From positions 1 through 64,000 of the forward strand of contig JAJRTR010000124.1 in assembly GCA_024278215.1 (NCBI GenBank): DNA of 64,000 nucleotides, given 5' to 3'. The number at the start of each line of letters is the position of its first letter. Positions within the stretch are counted from its first letter, which is position 1. Below the pieces are notes generated by a model that worked only from the letters and a program-made list of their open reading frames with translations, made no database searches and was not told the origin of the DNA. Below are positions 47,631 through 56,074 of this stretch, piece after piece. The stretch is from a bacterium (GTDB taxonomy: Bacteria; UBP15; UBA6099; JAJRTR01). The position numbers and the translations under genes are program-made.

Positions 47631-48132
47631 CTTTTATAGCCTCCAATATTCTTTTCATCGCTATTCGCCTAACCCGGCAAAGCCGGAACCCAAAAGATCG
47701 CATTTTCGTGCCCAAACAAATGCGGTTTGAGCACGGCACACAGAGTTTCATCGTTCCCAAGGTCTACATTGGAAACGTCTGTAACTGGAAGCTCCAGCTT
47801 TCACCGATCTCTTTTCAGCATTTTTTACCACCCTGCTTAGCATTTCAGTCGTAAGATACTACGGTATTATTAACATGTATCGCAAATGAACCGGTCCGCG
47901 AAATATTGTTGCAAAACAGACTCTATTTTATCACTTGAAAAAACGAAGTCAATAAGTGAGTGCCTGCTGGGTGTGCGACATAAAAGTGGGTTAAAAACAA
48001 CCACATTTTTAATGTTCGAAAAACAGGGACTGGTAACGCTGTTTTTTGCGGTACCTGTCCCGCTTTTCGTAAAAACCCGCTTTTGTGTCGCACACCCGTG
48101 CCTGCTTGTGCACGAGCGGCATATCACGTCAA

Positions 48133-48918
48133 TTATAACCCGGCATTCCGCTTAATAACGTCTTTTACCTTATTCGCATAGTGCGAGAAAAACGACGAAG
48201 CGGCCTCGCGGTGAAGTCTGCGCGCGGCATCTTTTCCGTCAGGCCCGAGAAGCGCATCCGCAAGTTCGACGCAGTTGCGCACAAAGAGTTCGATGACTTC
48301 GTCGCCCAGTTCGGTCGACGCGTGCTTTGCCGGATTCTCTCCGCGGACGCCCTTGCGGAAGAGGTCGAGCCAGTTGTCGTCGTGCAGGTCCGCGAGGTTG
48401 TCTTCGCCGACAAGGTCGGGGCGCAGGGCCTTCATAAACGACGTTTCCCATTTCGCCGCGTGATCGCCAAAATAATCTATGTCGCCGCAGAAAGCAAATT
48501 CCGGGACAGCCGCGACAGACATGTTATGTGTCGCCATAAAAGATTCGGCCAGTGCCATAAGAAGAGCAACCTGCATCTCCGGGTAGTGGCCGGTTATCAG
48601 AATGACGGCCCTGAATCCATATTTATGCAGGTTCCTGAAAGTGCCGTTTATGTACTGGGTGAAAGAAAGAGCGGAATATTTAAAAGTCCATGGGAACGAC
48701 ATTCCCCAGGGCGAAAAGTAGGTGGGAGGCAGCACTGCGCCTCCGCCGGCCCGCGCCGCGCGGACACATATGTCGTGCGCTTTTATCGCGTCCAGACCTA
48801 CAGGCAGGTGCCTTCCGTGCCATTCGAGAGTACCGAGCGGCATCCATGCGAGTGGCTTTTCAGCAACAATCGCCTCGAGTTCGCCGGGACGCATCTGTTC
48901 AAATTGTACTTTATTCAT
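48133..48918 (-). CDS. Creatininase-family amidohydrolase
   Basis: P.G.LEWHG.HLP.G.D, TGH, DHA...ETS metal-binding motifs. Confidence 0.88.
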   Translation of the reverse strand: MNKVQFEQMRPGELEAIVAEKPLAWMPLGTLEWHGRHLPVGLDAIKAHDICVRAARAGGGAVLPPTYFSPWGMSFPWTFKYSALSFTQYINGTFRNLHKYGFRAVILITGHYPEMQVALLMALAESFMATHNMSVAAVPEFAFCGDIDYFGDHAAKWETSFMKALRPDLVGEDNLADLHDDNWLDLFRKGVRGENPAKHASTELGDEVIELFVRNCVELADALLGPDGKDAARRLHREAASSFFSHYANKVKDVIKRNAGL

Positions 48919-49081
48919 TGATGTAACCCCCGTGAAGCAGTCGGTGGCCTTCCTTATATAACTCCCGTTTTGTTCTCTATCTCTCACAGCAACAAGCCTC
49001 CGGCATCAGAAATTATCGCTCCACTGTCAGATTTGCCTGCTACGCATCTTCCGTTGTATCTTTGAAATCCTACACTCTTTA

Positions 49082-49113
49082 GAGCCAATTGCAAAATTCT
49101 GATTCGGCTACGG
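49082..49113 (+). mobile_element. MITE family A left-end fragment
   Basis: GAGCCAATTGCAAAATTCTGATTCGGCTACGG; overlaps the stop codon of the radical SAM gene. Confidence 0.7.
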
Positions 49114-50310
49114 GAGGCGCAGCAAGTGCGGGAGGAAATAGCTTCGGCGGAAATCGGGGTCGGCGACAGCACGCCGTATGAACCAGGGGATGATGTCGCC
49201 GGAAAAAAAGATCGAAGGGTTGATGTCGCACTCGATCCAGCAACCTTTGCAGGCGAGCACCTTTCTCCTGAGTTTCGCAGCGGATTCTCCATGCCATATT
49301 TCAGAGAAAGAACTCTTTTTGATATTACCGACAGAATAGTTGTTTAAGGCGCTGCATGCATAAATTGTTCCATTGGGCGCCAGCCTGAAGTGAGTGAACA
49401 TTGCCATGCAGGGCGGGTTCGGTACGGAACGACCGGCGAGCACCCTGTTACGGCCACCCTCGTTGAGGTATTCTTCTGAGATGTCGCGCAGCAGCGAACT
49501 TGCGAAATCTCTTCTCGGGCCGGTTCCGGAACCGTCTCTTTTCAGCATGTTATGCAATCTGTAAAACTCTTTTAATTCATCTTCATTCATTCCGCCTTCC
49601 GGTGTAAATGTCATTTCATTTTCAAGTGGATCGACTCCGTTCATGTCCTTACCTTCGTGGAACTCCGCTCCGAGAAACATGTGGTGCCCAAGACCAAGGC
49701 CCTTTGCGTATTCATGCACACTTTCCATGTGCTGAAGCGTGTCCCTCATGACCGTCTGGTTGATACCGCCGTAGAAATCGTACCGTTTTTTCAATTCGGC
49801 GATACGGCTGCATGTTTCTTTTGCTTTTTCGGCCATGCCTTCCACACAACGCAGTTGATCGTGTGTGGCGTCGAGCGCGTCGAGGCTCACCTGCACATGC
49901 AGGCGTGCCCCGCCTTTGTCAGCCGTCTCGACAACCTTTTTCAGCCGTTCGGGGAAGGAACCGTTGGTCGTTATATAAATAATTTTTACACCGGTGTGTA
50001 GCCCGATGATAGCGACAAGTTCCGGCAGGTCGCGCCTCAGAAAAGGTTCGCCGCCGGTGATGCGGATCAGCTCCAGCGCTTTGAGCGCCGGGTCTTCGAG
50101 AAGTTTCGCGAATTCCGATGGAGTTATTTCCTCTCCGGATGAAGTTCCTCGCTGGTGTATCTCGCACATAACACAACGCGAGTTGCACCGGTTGGTGACG
50201 TTCCACGTCATAAGTTTCGGCGCAGCCGGTTCGCCGCGGCTGCGTGAAATGCGTGCCGCGATTATGTCCACAATTCTTTTTATCATATTCTGGCGTTCAG
50301 GTTCAAACAC
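49108..50310 (-). CDS. Radical SAM protein with SPASM/Twitch domain
   Basis: CNSRCVMC, TGGEP, TNG, SLD; C-terminal C...NG.IYAC...GNI...F.EIW...CKGC...C. Confidence 0.9.
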   Translation of the reverse strand: MFEPERQNMIKRIVDIIAARISRSRGEPAAPKLMTWNVTNRCNSRCVMCEIHQRGTSSGEEITPSEFAKLLEDPALKALELIRITGGEPFLRRDLPELVAIIGLHTGVKIIYITTNGSFPERLKKVVETADKGGARLHVQVSLDALDATHDQLRCVEGMAEKAKETCSRIAELKKRYDFYGGINQTVMRDTLQHMESVHEYAKGLGLGHHMFLGAEFHEGKDMNGVDPLENEMTFTPEGGMNEDELKEFYRLHNMLKRDGSGTGPRRDFASSLLRDISEEYLNEGGRNRVLAGRSVPNPPCMAMFTHFRLAPNGTIYACSALNNYSVGNIKKSSFSEIWHGESAAKLRRKVLACKGCWIECDINPSIFFSGDIIPWFIRRAVADPDFRRSYFLPHLLRLP

Positions 50311-50343
50311 AACGGATTCGAAGATGCTTCCGGCGTAATCATG

Positions 50344-51042
50344 TTACTGATTTCTCAATTTACTCCTGAGCCGCGACATGTCGCGAAGCAGCAACTGAAC
50401 ATTCCCCGGCGACATGGACGACGATCTGCCGGACTTGCGCGGATAGCAGTTCGCGGGCGCTTCGACCACCCTGAAACCCGCGTAATGCGCCCGGAGAACA
50501 AGTTCGCCCTGTGCGAATATCCCGTCCGGCTCAGGCATACACTTTTGGGCAACTTCACGCCTGAAAACTTTTATCGAGCAGCCAAGGTCTTTGAACGGAA
50601 CACTAAAAATACTTCTGATGCAAAGGTTATAAAACCTCGATATCAGCAGGCGCTTCATACCATTAGGATAAACCCGCCTGCGCCCCTGCACAAGATCGGC
50701 ATCTTCGAGCAGATCAAGCATCAGGCGCAGATCGACCGGATCGTACTGTCCATCGCCGTCCATGAAAGCGATTATCGGCTTCGAGCAATTCGCGATACCT
50801 GTCTTGAGCGCCGCGCCGTGGCCCCTGTTTTTCTCGTGGTGCACGGCAGTGACTTCATGGTGACGCGCGGCGAGCGAGTCCGCCACGCGGCCTGTGCCGT
50901 CAGGGCTGCCGTCCTCGACGATGATTATCTCGAGTTCGTCGCATAAGCCAGCCAGTGTTTCGAGACTTCGCTCGACAAGCGGGCCGATGTTGTTCTCATC
51001 GTAGTAGGCAGGGAATATAAGGCTCAGTGCAAGCTCAGTCAA
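50344..51042 (-). CDS. Glycosyltransferase family 2 (DPM1-like)
   Basis: PAY.DE, EDGSPD.T, N.G.G.A...G, MDGDGQY; TTG start with GGAG upstream. Confidence 0.88.
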   Translation of the reverse strand: MTELALSLIFPAYYDENNIGPLVERSLETLAGLCDELEIIIVEDGSPDGTGRVADSLAARHHEVTAVHHEKNRGHGAALKTGIANCSKPIIAFMDGDGQYDPVDLRLMLDLLEDADLVQGRRRVYPNGMKRLLISRFYNLCIRSIFSVPFKDLGCSIKVFRREVAQKCMPEPDGIFAQGELVLRAHYAGFRVVEAPANCYPRKSGRSSSMSPGNVQLLLRDMSRLRSKLRNQ

Positions 51043-51277
51043 GATTATTCTCCATGTTGATAATACGAAAGCAAATGCAGAGACACAACATTTATCTACT
51101 CGTGTTTTTCCCAAGTCCGACCCATAACATTTTAGCATAATAAGGTTCGTGTTTTCGTTTATGAGCCTATTTTATGGGATTGTTTTGTTTATAGTGTTCC
51201 GGCAGGCTATTATTATTCGGGTGACGATTGTTTATGCAGTATGGGCACATGCAGAACAACATTAAGAGGGAATCAAC

Positions 51278-51934
51278 ATGACAAAACCTGAAAACCGTGA
51301 AGAGATGAAACTCATCGAGACGATGCTCTGGACGGGTGATACAGGTTTCTATCTTCTCGATCTGCATATAGAGCGGCTCGAAGCGTCGGCGAAGTATTTC
51401 GGTTTTATTTGTGACAGAAAATATATTCTGTCCGAACTGAAAAGGCTTGAATCCGGTTTCAGGACAGTACATAAGTTTAAAGTGCGCCTTTTGCTGAGCA
51501 AAGATGGAACCGTCGTCCTGTCTTCGGAATCCATCAGGGCGCGGAAACATTCTTCGATTCCCAAAATCACAATGTCGACAGACCGTGTAGACAGCGGCGA
51601 CATGCTGCTCTTTCACAAAACCACATTCAGGAATCTTTATGACAGTACACTCGAACATTTTATGCGGAAGGGTTTTTACGACGCCGTGTTCATGAACGAA
51701 AAGGACGAACTGACCGAGGGTGCATGGAATAATATCCTTCTGAAAATCGCGGGTGTCATGTATACGCCGCCTGTGTCGTGCGGGTTGCTGAACGGAGTCT
51801 ACAGGCGGTTTCTTGTCGGCAAGGGCAAGGTGCGGGAGCGTATTCTGTATCGGGAAGATATTGAAAATGCAACGTCGATTTATTGCTGCAACTCGGTCCG
51901 CGGTTATGTGTCGGTGAAGTACATAAGCGAGTAA
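51278..51934 (+). CDS. Class IV aminotransferase, PabC-like aminodeoxychorismate lyase
   Basis: LIETM, H..RL..SA, HKTT.R, EG...N, TPP...GLL.G..R, NSVRG. Confidence 0.8.
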   Translation: MTKPENREEMKLIETMLWTGDTGFYLLDLHIERLEASAKYFGFICDRKYILSELKRLESGFRTVHKFKVRLLLSKDGTVVLSSESIRARKHSSIPKITMSTDRVDSGDMLLFHKTTFRNLYDSTLEHFMRKGFYDAVFMNEKDELTEGAWNNILLKIAGVMYTPPVSCGLLNGVYRRFLVGKGKVRERILYREDIENATSIYCCNSVRGYVSVKYISE

Positions 51935-51968
51935 TTACTGAATCTTGTGCGAATTCAGATATTTGCAA

Positions 51969-52025
51969 GGAATTCGGGGACATGACTGGAATTTGCCTTT
52001 AACCCGCATTGGTGAAATATGCGGG
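51969..52025. repeat. Family D repeat abutting a family B terminal hairpin
   Basis: GGAATTCGGGGACATGACTGGAATTTGCCTTTAA then CCCGCATTGGTGAAATATGCGGG followed by TTAG. Confidence 0.6.
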
Positions 52026-52838
52026 TTAGTCCCACCTGATTGCGATAAGGTTGAAATCGAAACCGGCGGCATGAATATTTCCATGCTTTATTTGTTGAAG
52101 CCGTTTGAGGATATCATAATACAATCTGTCGCCGAGGTTCGCTATCATGTTCAGGTCGGTATATTGAATCTGTTCGACTGAAAAGTTCTCGCTCTCGAGT
52201 ATTGCTTTTACCTTTTTCGGGTCGATTCCATCGCTGAAGTTGACGTGATATTCGGCCAGCAATTCTTCATCGGCGCCGAGTAAGCCCGAGTCCGTATGCT
52301 TTTTTACTCTCGATTCCGGCAGGAACTTCTTTGTGAAGCGGCGAACCTGCCTGAACCGGCGATACCCTTTCACGCATGGCTCGTTCAGAATAAGCAGCAG
52401 CCCGCCGGGTTTCACACACACCGCCGCAGCTCTGAGCGCGGGTTCATAGTGTGCAAGGTGGTGCAGCACACCCGAGATCGCAACCACATCGAAGGCCGAT
52501 TGTCTGAACGGCACAGCCCCGGCGTCCGCCACAACGAATATGCCGTCCGGAAGATTCTGTCGCGCTCTTTTTATCATTTCAGGCGTAATATCAAAACCCG
52601 TGACCTCGAAGTCATAGTTTTCGACCAGGCGTGCCGCGTATCCTGTGCCGCATCCGACATCCAGAAACTTATTGCCGATGCTCGTCTCGATATACGGAGC
52701 GATCAGTTCTTTCAGATTCGCAACGACCACAGGGTGAAAAACCGCCTGCCGGTCGTCGTAATCGCCGGCTATCAGGCTGTGCAGCCGTATATTTGCACGC
52801 TGCACTTTCTCTGTGATTTTATCTTTTGTTTTTCCCAT
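52026..52838 (-). CDS. Class I SAM-dependent methyltransferase
   Basis: LDVGCGTG, D.TPEM, PF....FD, LHH, KPGG. Confidence 0.88.
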   Translation of the reverse strand: MGKTKDKITEKVQRANIRLHSLIAGDYDDRQAVFHPVVVANLKELIAPYIETSIGNKFLDVGCGTGYAARLVENYDFEVTGFDITPEMIKRARQNLPDGIFVVADAGAVPFRQSAFDVVAISGVLHHLAHYEPALRAAAVCVKPGGLLLILNEPCVKGYRRFRQVRRFTKKFLPESRVKKHTDSGLLGADEELLAEYHVNFSDGIDPKKVKAILESENFSVEQIQYTDLNMIANLGDRLYYDILKRLQQIKHGNIHAAGFDFNLIAIRWD

Positions 52839-52871
52839 TTATGAACAGTTACGCATATCCTTTATTCAGTG

Positions 52872-53049
52872 GAGCCAATTGCAAAATTATGATTCTGCTG
52901 CGGTCGGCTGCTATTGTCCATAGCTGCGTTGTCGGCGCGAAATCGTCCTCGACGTACTCTACAAGTACGCCTGCGAGGATTTCACACCACCGCCTTGCTC
53001 TGAACAATTTCGCTCGACCTCGCTACGAACATAATTTTGCAATTGGCTC
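52872..53049 (+). mobile_element. MITE family A, copy 4 (178 bp)
   Basis: TIR GAGCCAATTGCAAAATTATG / CATAATTTTGCAATTGGCTC, target duplication AGTG. Confidence 0.88.
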
Positions 53050-53062
53050 AGTGGTCATTTTA

Positions 53063-53782
53063 TCAAAGATCGAGTATCTTCGCCGCATTGCCGTAAAATA
53101 CTTTTTCACGGTCATCAGGCGCAAGAATCAGTTCATATTTCACTTTCTCGACTGCCGGGTGCGAATAGGGCAGGTCGGAGCCGAAAACGAGGCGGTCGGG
53201 GCCGACTGCTTCATATATGTACCTTGTGCGGAAGTATGACGCAGCGGTTGTGTCGACATAGAGATTCGGGAATTCCGGAACGATTTCGGCAAGACGGCGG
53301 TAGTTGTCTTTTCCGTTGTGTGCGGCGATTACGGGCGTCTCGGCGATCTCGAATATCTTCATCCATCCGTCTGCCTCTTCTCTGTAGGAACGCTGGGACG
53401 AATGTATGAGAACCGGCAGCCGCAGTTCGTTCGTTTTGAGAATTATTTCCTTCACCGCGGCAGGGCCGAAGTGCTCGGAATGCGGGTGGAGCTTCAGGCC
53501 TTTCAAGCCGAGTTCGTCGAATCGCTCGATCTCCTCTATAGCACGCGCCCCGGCGTTGGGGTCCACGCGACCGAACGGTACTATACGATCATCTTTTTTA
53601 GCGAGTTCGGCAAGGCGGCTGTTCAGAATCGTGTATGTCGCGCCTTTGTCCTCCTCGTCGATGGGAAAAACCACAATCTTATCGACGGGGTCGGCTTCGA
53701 GGATTTTGCATAGTTGCTCATAAGTGACACCGGCACCATCGACGCTTATACCCACGTGGCAGTGTATATCGATTATCTTCAT
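53063..53782 (-). CDS. Amidohydrolase family 2 protein
   Basis: IDIHCH, GLKLHP, PVLIH, AH.G, FGSD.P, NAA.IL. Confidence 0.85.
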   Translation of the reverse strand: MKIIDIHCHVGISVDGAGVTYEQLCKILEADPVDKIVVFPIDEEDKGATYTILNSRLAELAKKDDRIVPFGRVDPNAGARAIEEIERFDELGLKGLKLHPHSEHFGPAAVKEIILKTNELRLPVLIHSSQRSYREEADGWMKIFEIAETPVIAAHNGKDNYRRLAEIVPEFPNLYVDTTAASYFRTRYIYEAVGPDRLVFGSDLPYSHPAVEKVKYELILAPDDREKVFYGNAAKILDL

Positions 53783-53858
53783 TTAAAACGCACCTTTATG
53801 TTATGTCATCAACGCATCATGTTTATAGACTGTAGTGATTGCGAAGTTGTGAGAGCAA

Positions 53859-55220
53859 TTATCCGGGTTTCAATGTGAATGTGGGGACCATGCCACCGCC
53901 CGCGCTGACATTGATGATCGAGTATTTCGATATGCGCGATATGCAGCCCGCGTACCTGCCGCCGATCGTAAACGGGTTCAGATTCACTTTTCGTTTTTCG
54001 AGCGAGAATCGCCTGTTCTCGAAGATCGGGAAGTCTTCTTCGGGGATATCCACAAGCGTCTGGAGCACCCATACTCTCCCGCCCGCGGCGGCGGTATCGA
54101 GAACATCGCTCCATTCGGATTTCGACACTTCATGACCGATGTATACATCTTTTCCGCCGTAGCCGTCGGCGGGTTTGATCACGAAGCTGTCCTGAGCACG
54201 CGCCGCGAGTTCGAATATATCTTCCTGCGCTCCCCGATAGTCAACCATGCCGGGAATCAGATTACGGGTCCACGGGATGTGCCTGTATTTTATTTCGTTT
54301 TCTTCGGCGGTAAAAAGGTTGTCGAAACGCGAGTCGGTGAGAACGGCTAGGGTGGATTTATTCGACACGACCTTCGACTTAAACGGGTTCGCAACACACA
54401 CAAGATGATCCCTGTATGCCTGCAGGAAATCCCTGACCTCGTCTTTTCTATCGAGCACTTCGCGAATGATCACACGGCGGTAAACCATATCCACCGGCCT
54501 GCCGCCCACGCAAAGCCGCCCACCGCTGATCTCGAATTCGCGGGGATCGCACACGCTCGTGGGATAGCCCCGCGCCTCGAAATAGTGCTTGAGCATATAG
54601 AACTCATGTATCGTTTTAACATCGCGCCAGTCGGTTATCGCGAAGTGCGGTTTTTCCTCTTTTCCGCCATATTCGCGGTAAGCCTGCAAAAGCGCGTCGA
54701 GCATCATCTGCCGTCTCGGAACCCAGTCGATGCGGAACTTCTCTTTAACCCTTTTCATAATTTCCGTCTCGTCGAATATCTCGCTCTGCACCTCGCCGTA
54801 AGCAAGCCCCGCCGGGCTGTCGCAATTGAACTCGAGGAACTTCAGATCGAGACCCTGCAGGAAAGCATCGAGTCTGCCCTTGAGTATCACGCGATCAAGC
54901 CCCGTGTCGAAAGATACTATTTCCCTCTCGAGCGGATTCAGCCGTATCACACCGTGGAGCGTGTCGCTCTCGAAATACAGGCGTACCACTTTCTCGAGTG
55001 CATTCATGACGACAAGCGCAACATGTTCGAGCAACTTCGTCTGTTCGCCCGACAGAAAATTTGGGCGCAGCAGCGTGGGCACCGGATCGCCGCCGAACAT
55101 GACTTCTTTCTTTATCTGCTGCGCGTTGATCCACTCGAGCATTTCGCGTGCGGCGACCGGGTCGCTGCACGCGTTGGAGTTGCATATTTCCTCTGCCTGA
55201 CGTGTGATATCCTGTTTCAT
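53859..55220 (-). CDS. Circularly permuted ATP-grasp / glutathionylspermidine-synthase-like ligase
   Basis: RLD.F, LEFN.DSP.G, VYRR, PWT, KP..GYGG..V..G, SR...INVS.GGG; ATGA overlap with nth. Confidence 0.75.
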   Translation of the reverse strand: MKQDITRQAEEICNSNACSDPVAAREMLEWINAQQIKKEVMFGGDPVPTLLRPNFLSGEQTKLLEHVALVVMNALEKVVRLYFESDTLHGVIRLNPLEREIVSFDTGLDRVILKGRLDAFLQGLDLKFLEFNCDSPAGLAYGEVQSEIFDETEIMKRVKEKFRIDWVPRRQMMLDALLQAYREYGGKEEKPHFAITDWRDVKTIHEFYMLKHYFEARGYPTSVCDPREFEISGGRLCVGGRPVDMVYRRVIIREVLDRKDEVRDFLQAYRDHLVCVANPFKSKVVSNKSTLAVLTDSRFDNLFTAEENEIKYRHIPWTRNLIPGMVDYRGAQEDIFELAARAQDSFVIKPADGYGGKDVYIGHEVSKSEWSDVLDTAAAGGRVWVLQTLVDIPEEDFPIFENRRFSLEKRKVNLNPFTIGGRYAGCISRISKYSIINVSAGGGMVPTFTLKPG

Positions 55221-55849
55221 TTGTCCTGTTCCTGTCCGTAGTCGCAATATTTCAGCAGCGGGCACTCACCGCATTTGGGCGAACGCGACGCGCAGATTTT
55301 CCGCCCGTGTTGTATGAATTGGTGGCTGAGCATCGTCCAGCTATTTTTCGGGAAGAGTTCCATCAAGTCATATTCGATCTTGACGGCGTCTTTGTTTTCA
55401 GTTAGTCCGAGCCGTTGCGCGACACGACCGACATGTGTATCGACGACTACGCCCGGCGTATCGTAGGCGTTGCCCAGTACTACGTTCGCCGTTTTGCGTC
55501 CTATCCCGGCCAGCTTCACGAGCTCGTCCATGCTGTCCGGCACTCGGCCTCCGTGCTCCCTGACGATTGCACCGCAGCAAGCTTTTATATTCTTCGCCTT
55601 GTTTTTGTAAAAACCTGTCGAGCGGATATCTTCCTGCAGTTCCTCTATGTCGGCATCAGCGAAATCTTTTACTTTCTTATATTTCTTGAAAAGTTCTCTG
55701 GTGACCTTGTTGACACGCACGTCTGTGCACTGTGCCGAAAGAATCGTCGCCACAAGCAGTTGGAGCGGACTTTTGAACACCAGTGAACATTCCGCATCCG
55801 GATATGTTTTCTTTATTATCCGATGAATGGCCACCGCTTTTTTCTTCAT
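55217..55849 (-). CDS. nth: Endonuclease III
   Basis: LLVATILSAQCTD..VN, HhH L.GIGRKTANVV, VDTHV, C-x6-C-x2-C-x5-C Fe-S motif. Confidence 0.97.
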   Translation of the reverse strand: MKKKAVAIHRIIKKTYPDAECSLVFKSPLQLLVATILSAQCTDVRVNKVTRELFKKYKKVKDFADADIEELQEDIRSTGFYKNKAKNIKACCGAIVREHGGRVPDSMDELVKLAGIGRKTANVVLGNAYDTPGVVVDTHVGRVAQRLGLTENKDAVKIEYDLMELFPKNSWTMLSHQFIQHGRKICASRSPKCGECPLLKYCDYGQEQDK

Positions 55850-55904
55850 GTTATTCTCCGCCACTTTCCGCACCTCTTCAGATTCTTCAGGCCCTTATCG
55901 CGCC

Positions 55905-56009
55905 AGCGGCGACAGGGTGTTGTCGCTAACTCCAATACTGCTTAATAAACAACAACCGACTTGAATTTGGAGTGCGACAATTTATTGTCGCTTTCGCGGC
56001 CGGGAGTTA
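55905..56009. repeat. GGAGTGCG-type REP-like palindromes (family E)
   Basis: TTGGAGTGCGACAAT-TT-ATTGTCGCTTTC with a degenerate inverted partner at 55905-55935; related sequence at 57429-57500. Confidence 0.55.
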
Positions 56010-56074
56010 ATCCCGACGTAGCCGGGGCTTATGGCGATTTCGCGACTGAGAACCGGCGCGAAAGTGAATTTCGT

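Noticed and set aside
47818-47840. T-box-like AAGCAGGGTGGTA upstream of the aromatic biosynthesis genes
   Set aside because: Lacks the following CC(G)CG and no terminator or specifier stem was found.
6605-53049. Repeats as a CRISPR array or tRNA genes
   Set aside because: Copies are dispersed, not regularly spaced; no cas genes or cloverleaf motifs seen.
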